A DNA stretch of 64,000 bases from Glycera tridactyla (Eukaryota). Each line of letters opens with the position of its first letter. Position 1 is the stretch's first letter. Made by a program: the position numbers and the translations under genes. The DNA is taken from NCBI GenBank assembly GCA_965644265.1, contig OZ286468.1, forward strand, positions 62,620,001 through 62,684,000, given 5' to 3'. Under the pieces are notes generated by a model, which saw nothing but the letters and a program-made list of their open reading frames with translations, was not told the DNA's origin and did not search any database. Positions 61,001 through 64,000 of this stretch are shown piece by piece.

Positions 61001-64000
61001 CATGGTGCACTTGGTGCCACCAGCCTCCAGAATGCAGAAAACGATATCTGCTCATGGTTTCCCACATTTTATATGTGTGTGCAGGCCGATACTCACCGGT
61101 GGATGAACTGTTCATTCCGCATACAGGTACACTCTTACATCCTGCCTGCCTGCAGTCTGTCTTGCGATCACACCAGCAAGAAATCTACTCGTAAACTCTA
61201 TCCAGAACACTTTTGAAATCTGAAGTCATATGCACTTAGCCACCGCGTCAGCGCTGGTCACTCTCGGTTGTCGTGTTGTGTACGTGCACCAACACCCCAG
61301 TAGTGCTGGGCGTCTTATCCTACCTACTCATAGATGGTTATCAAATCAGCTCCAGCTTGAGTGAGGTCCGAGGCTGAGTTAGGCATTACACTGATTCTGA
61401 CCTGAGCCATTCAGCCACCCGGGATGGTATGGAAGTGTTCTCAGTGATGTCACCCTACAACAGGATCCGGTCTCCCTACAACCAAAGACGAGCGATTTCT
61501 GGTTATTTGTGCTGATTTTACACTAGTCAGCAGTACTCAGCAGTCTAGATCACCGAGCAGCTGACAAAGACGTCCCTGTACTATTTAGAGACACTGATGT
61601 CACAACACCACCAACACCATCAACATGAACACCACAATTGCAACAGTAACTGCGAGAGAGGTATACGCGCAAAACAAATACAGAGCTCATTTATAGTAAT
61701 TTGCGGCGATTTGTTTGACAGGTTAGGGGAGAATGTAGGTGTATATGTCTCAATCGGCATAAGACTATTTGCTTAGACTTAATGTAGGGGCGAGCGAGAA
61801 CAGGAACCACAAGTTATGGAATTGTTCACACAAAAAAGCCTAGCTGCATGTCACATGTTGAGGTGTAATTGATTCTTGAAGAGAAGACACTCATCAAGCA
61901 CACATTGTTCCTAATTAGCTTCCTTCCTAACAGATGTCTCCCGTGCTCGGGCTTGCCATTCAATATGCATTTGGAAAGACCTACAGACAAAAATGACAGA
62001 TTGTGGACAAAAATGTGACTAGTTACACGCAACATTGCGATGGCTTATTTTTCTGACACCTTGAACACCTTGGCTTCTCGAACACTGAATGTAATAGTGC
62101 TGTCATTGTCCTCACCAAGGCGGGGTTTCCTCAATAGTTCTGCACAGAAAGGAGAGCCAGAAGCGGTAACATCAGCAAAATATGCTTCATGTGTGAAATA
62201 TTGAAAGCGCTGTCATTTCTCTGCGTCTATAAAGGAGAGATGATTGACTCCTGTATGATATCGTCTTAATTCAAACCAATATGACACCGGGTTGGTGGAG
62301 CACTGATATGTAGTCATGTCGGAGACAGACTTATATTCTTCAATTCATCACATGAGCGGAATATCTCATCATCATTACTGACCTCACAGAAATTATTCCC
62401 CTTGAATCACTTCTGTGACGCCATATTTCAGATCCTTTCATTGTGGAAGCACCCCGGCACCCCCAGCCTCCAATGTTATGGTAGGCCCATCCCTGGCACT
62501 GAGGTCTCCAAAGAGGTATCCCTGAAAACGTGGACAAAACTGACACCAACTTTACAACCATGTATTGGGATGAATGTTACCGAATCCATCCATGTATCTT
62601 ATTGTTGTATTCTATGGTGAGCCAACTCTTGCAACAAGTGACAAATATGAGTAAGATGTGTTATCCGACTTGATGATGGCTGAGAGGAGTTTTTTCTGCC
62701 TGCGTGTGTAGGAGTGTCACGCCATGTGGTCATCATGGCAGCAATTACCGTGAAATCGTCCCTAATGAGAGTGCCATGACAATAGAGGAGGCTGCAGTCA
62801 TTGATGAAGAGAACGTGCAACAGGCGATGGAGCTGTGCGTCTGTGTATGGANNNNNNNNNNNNNNNNNNNNNNNNNNNNNNNNNNNNNNNNNNNNNNNNN
62901 NNNNNNNNNNNNNNNNNNNNNNNNNNNNNNNNNNNNNNNNNNNNNNNNNNNNNNNNNNNNNNNNNNNNNNNNNNNNNNNNNNNNNNNNNNNNNNNNNNNN
63001 NNNNNNNNNNNNNNNNNNNNNGGAGCAATGGTCCCCCTCACTTCATCATATGATATCTATACTATCTGATAATGAAATACTAGAGCGAGATTGAGTAGCC
63101 GTGCTGCCAGAATGTTGCTGCTGATTGTCCTTCACAGTCACGACAGGTGTCCCACCATTTCAGAAATGCATGTTCAGCAATAATTGTATACGTTTGCACC
63201 GAGAACTGCGTCATCTGTTTTCAGATCATGAAATACTTTTGAGTGTGCTCCTTGTCTCACATCCTCGGCCAACTGCACGAGCTCACATTCTTGATCTGCT
63301 CAACGAGAGAGAAACTCACCAGAACGCCAATCGAGAAGCACGCCCAAGTAAGACAGACATGTCTGCATGCAGATGACGAGACTGTCGATACTGTCGAGAC
63401 GTGCACATTGGTGGGCGTACTACCAGCAGCACCTACTGCAAACCATCTCACAACTCCAGGTCGAAAGTCACGTCTGAGTCTATAGTTACTTCATTTATTA
63501 CATTGAATACATGATATGGGAGATGTTGTCAAATCACTGCTCCAAGATACTCTGGCATAATTCCCAAGACTCTGGAAACGTCATAGTCTGCCATTGTTGA
63601 TCTTCATGCAGTGTTGATCTTCATGCTTCATTGGACTTGAAGTGAAATTGATGTTGACTGCATCAATGCCGAGCCCGAGATCACCCCATCACAGTCTATA
63701 CGTATACCAAGAAAGCAGTGACCAGCGGGTAACATTGTGGCCATTTCTGTATCGACGGCACCGGCTGGGCCAGCGGATCTCACTAGTGGAAATACAGGGC
63801 ACAAGACTGCTTTGCACTCTGACTATCTGCATGGTATCACTCACTATTACGTAGGGTTGCATCGAATGTGGCTTTCTTCACAATTCACTATTTTTAATGC
63901 GAATATAGATATCGAAAATGGCCAAATGCTTTTCATTTTGGACTGACCAAGGTCATGGTCCTCAGAGTGCAGTGGAGTTGGAGGAAGGTAGTAAATATAA

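Larger units (their letters stand above)
2657..63021. other. Nine N-runs (assembly gaps or masking): 2657-2871, 4835-5053, 8449-8789, 14316-14484, 32900-33258, 35303-35430, 43488-43623, 47107-47243, 62852-63021
   Basis: Direct reading; lengths vary (128-359 nt) and several abut simple-repeat sequence. Confidence 0.95.

Noticed and set aside
2528-63094. ORFs in the track that consist largely of X
   Set aside because: They are artefacts of reading through N-runs.

Overview
Animal (probably lophotrochozoan, by inference) genomic DNA with nine N-runs and many simple repeats. About 3.3-22.2 kb holds a plus-strand gene that I could splice by hand into 11 phase-consistent GT-AG coding exons (2775 nt, 924 aa). 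It encodes an RGS3-type C2 domain, a Ser-rich linker, a divergent Dbl-homology (RhoGEF) domain and a PH domain, so it is PsGEF/RGS3-N-like but has no PDZ or RGS domain. The strongest signal is an apparently intact 6857-bp DIRS1-type tyrosine-recombinase retrotransposon on the minus strand (50780-57636). It has open gag, RT-RNaseH-methyltransferase and YR ORFs, inverted termini, a 3' extension and a 129-bp internal complementary region (ICR) that spells the circle junction. The outer parts of its two ITRs have diverged from each other, yet each matches its own ICR half perfectly. The rest is a repeat landscape: a tRNA-like SINE present as a monomer and as a 6x85-bp tandem array, a second SINE family, five TA-target Tc1/mariner-type MITEs, decayed LINE fragments, a 65-bp satellite, a 24-bp G-rich minisatellite and self-complementary composite microsatellites. 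I found no rRNA, bona fide tRNA or CRISPR array. DIRS elements are a known class, so any novelty lies in the details of this copy. No database search was run.
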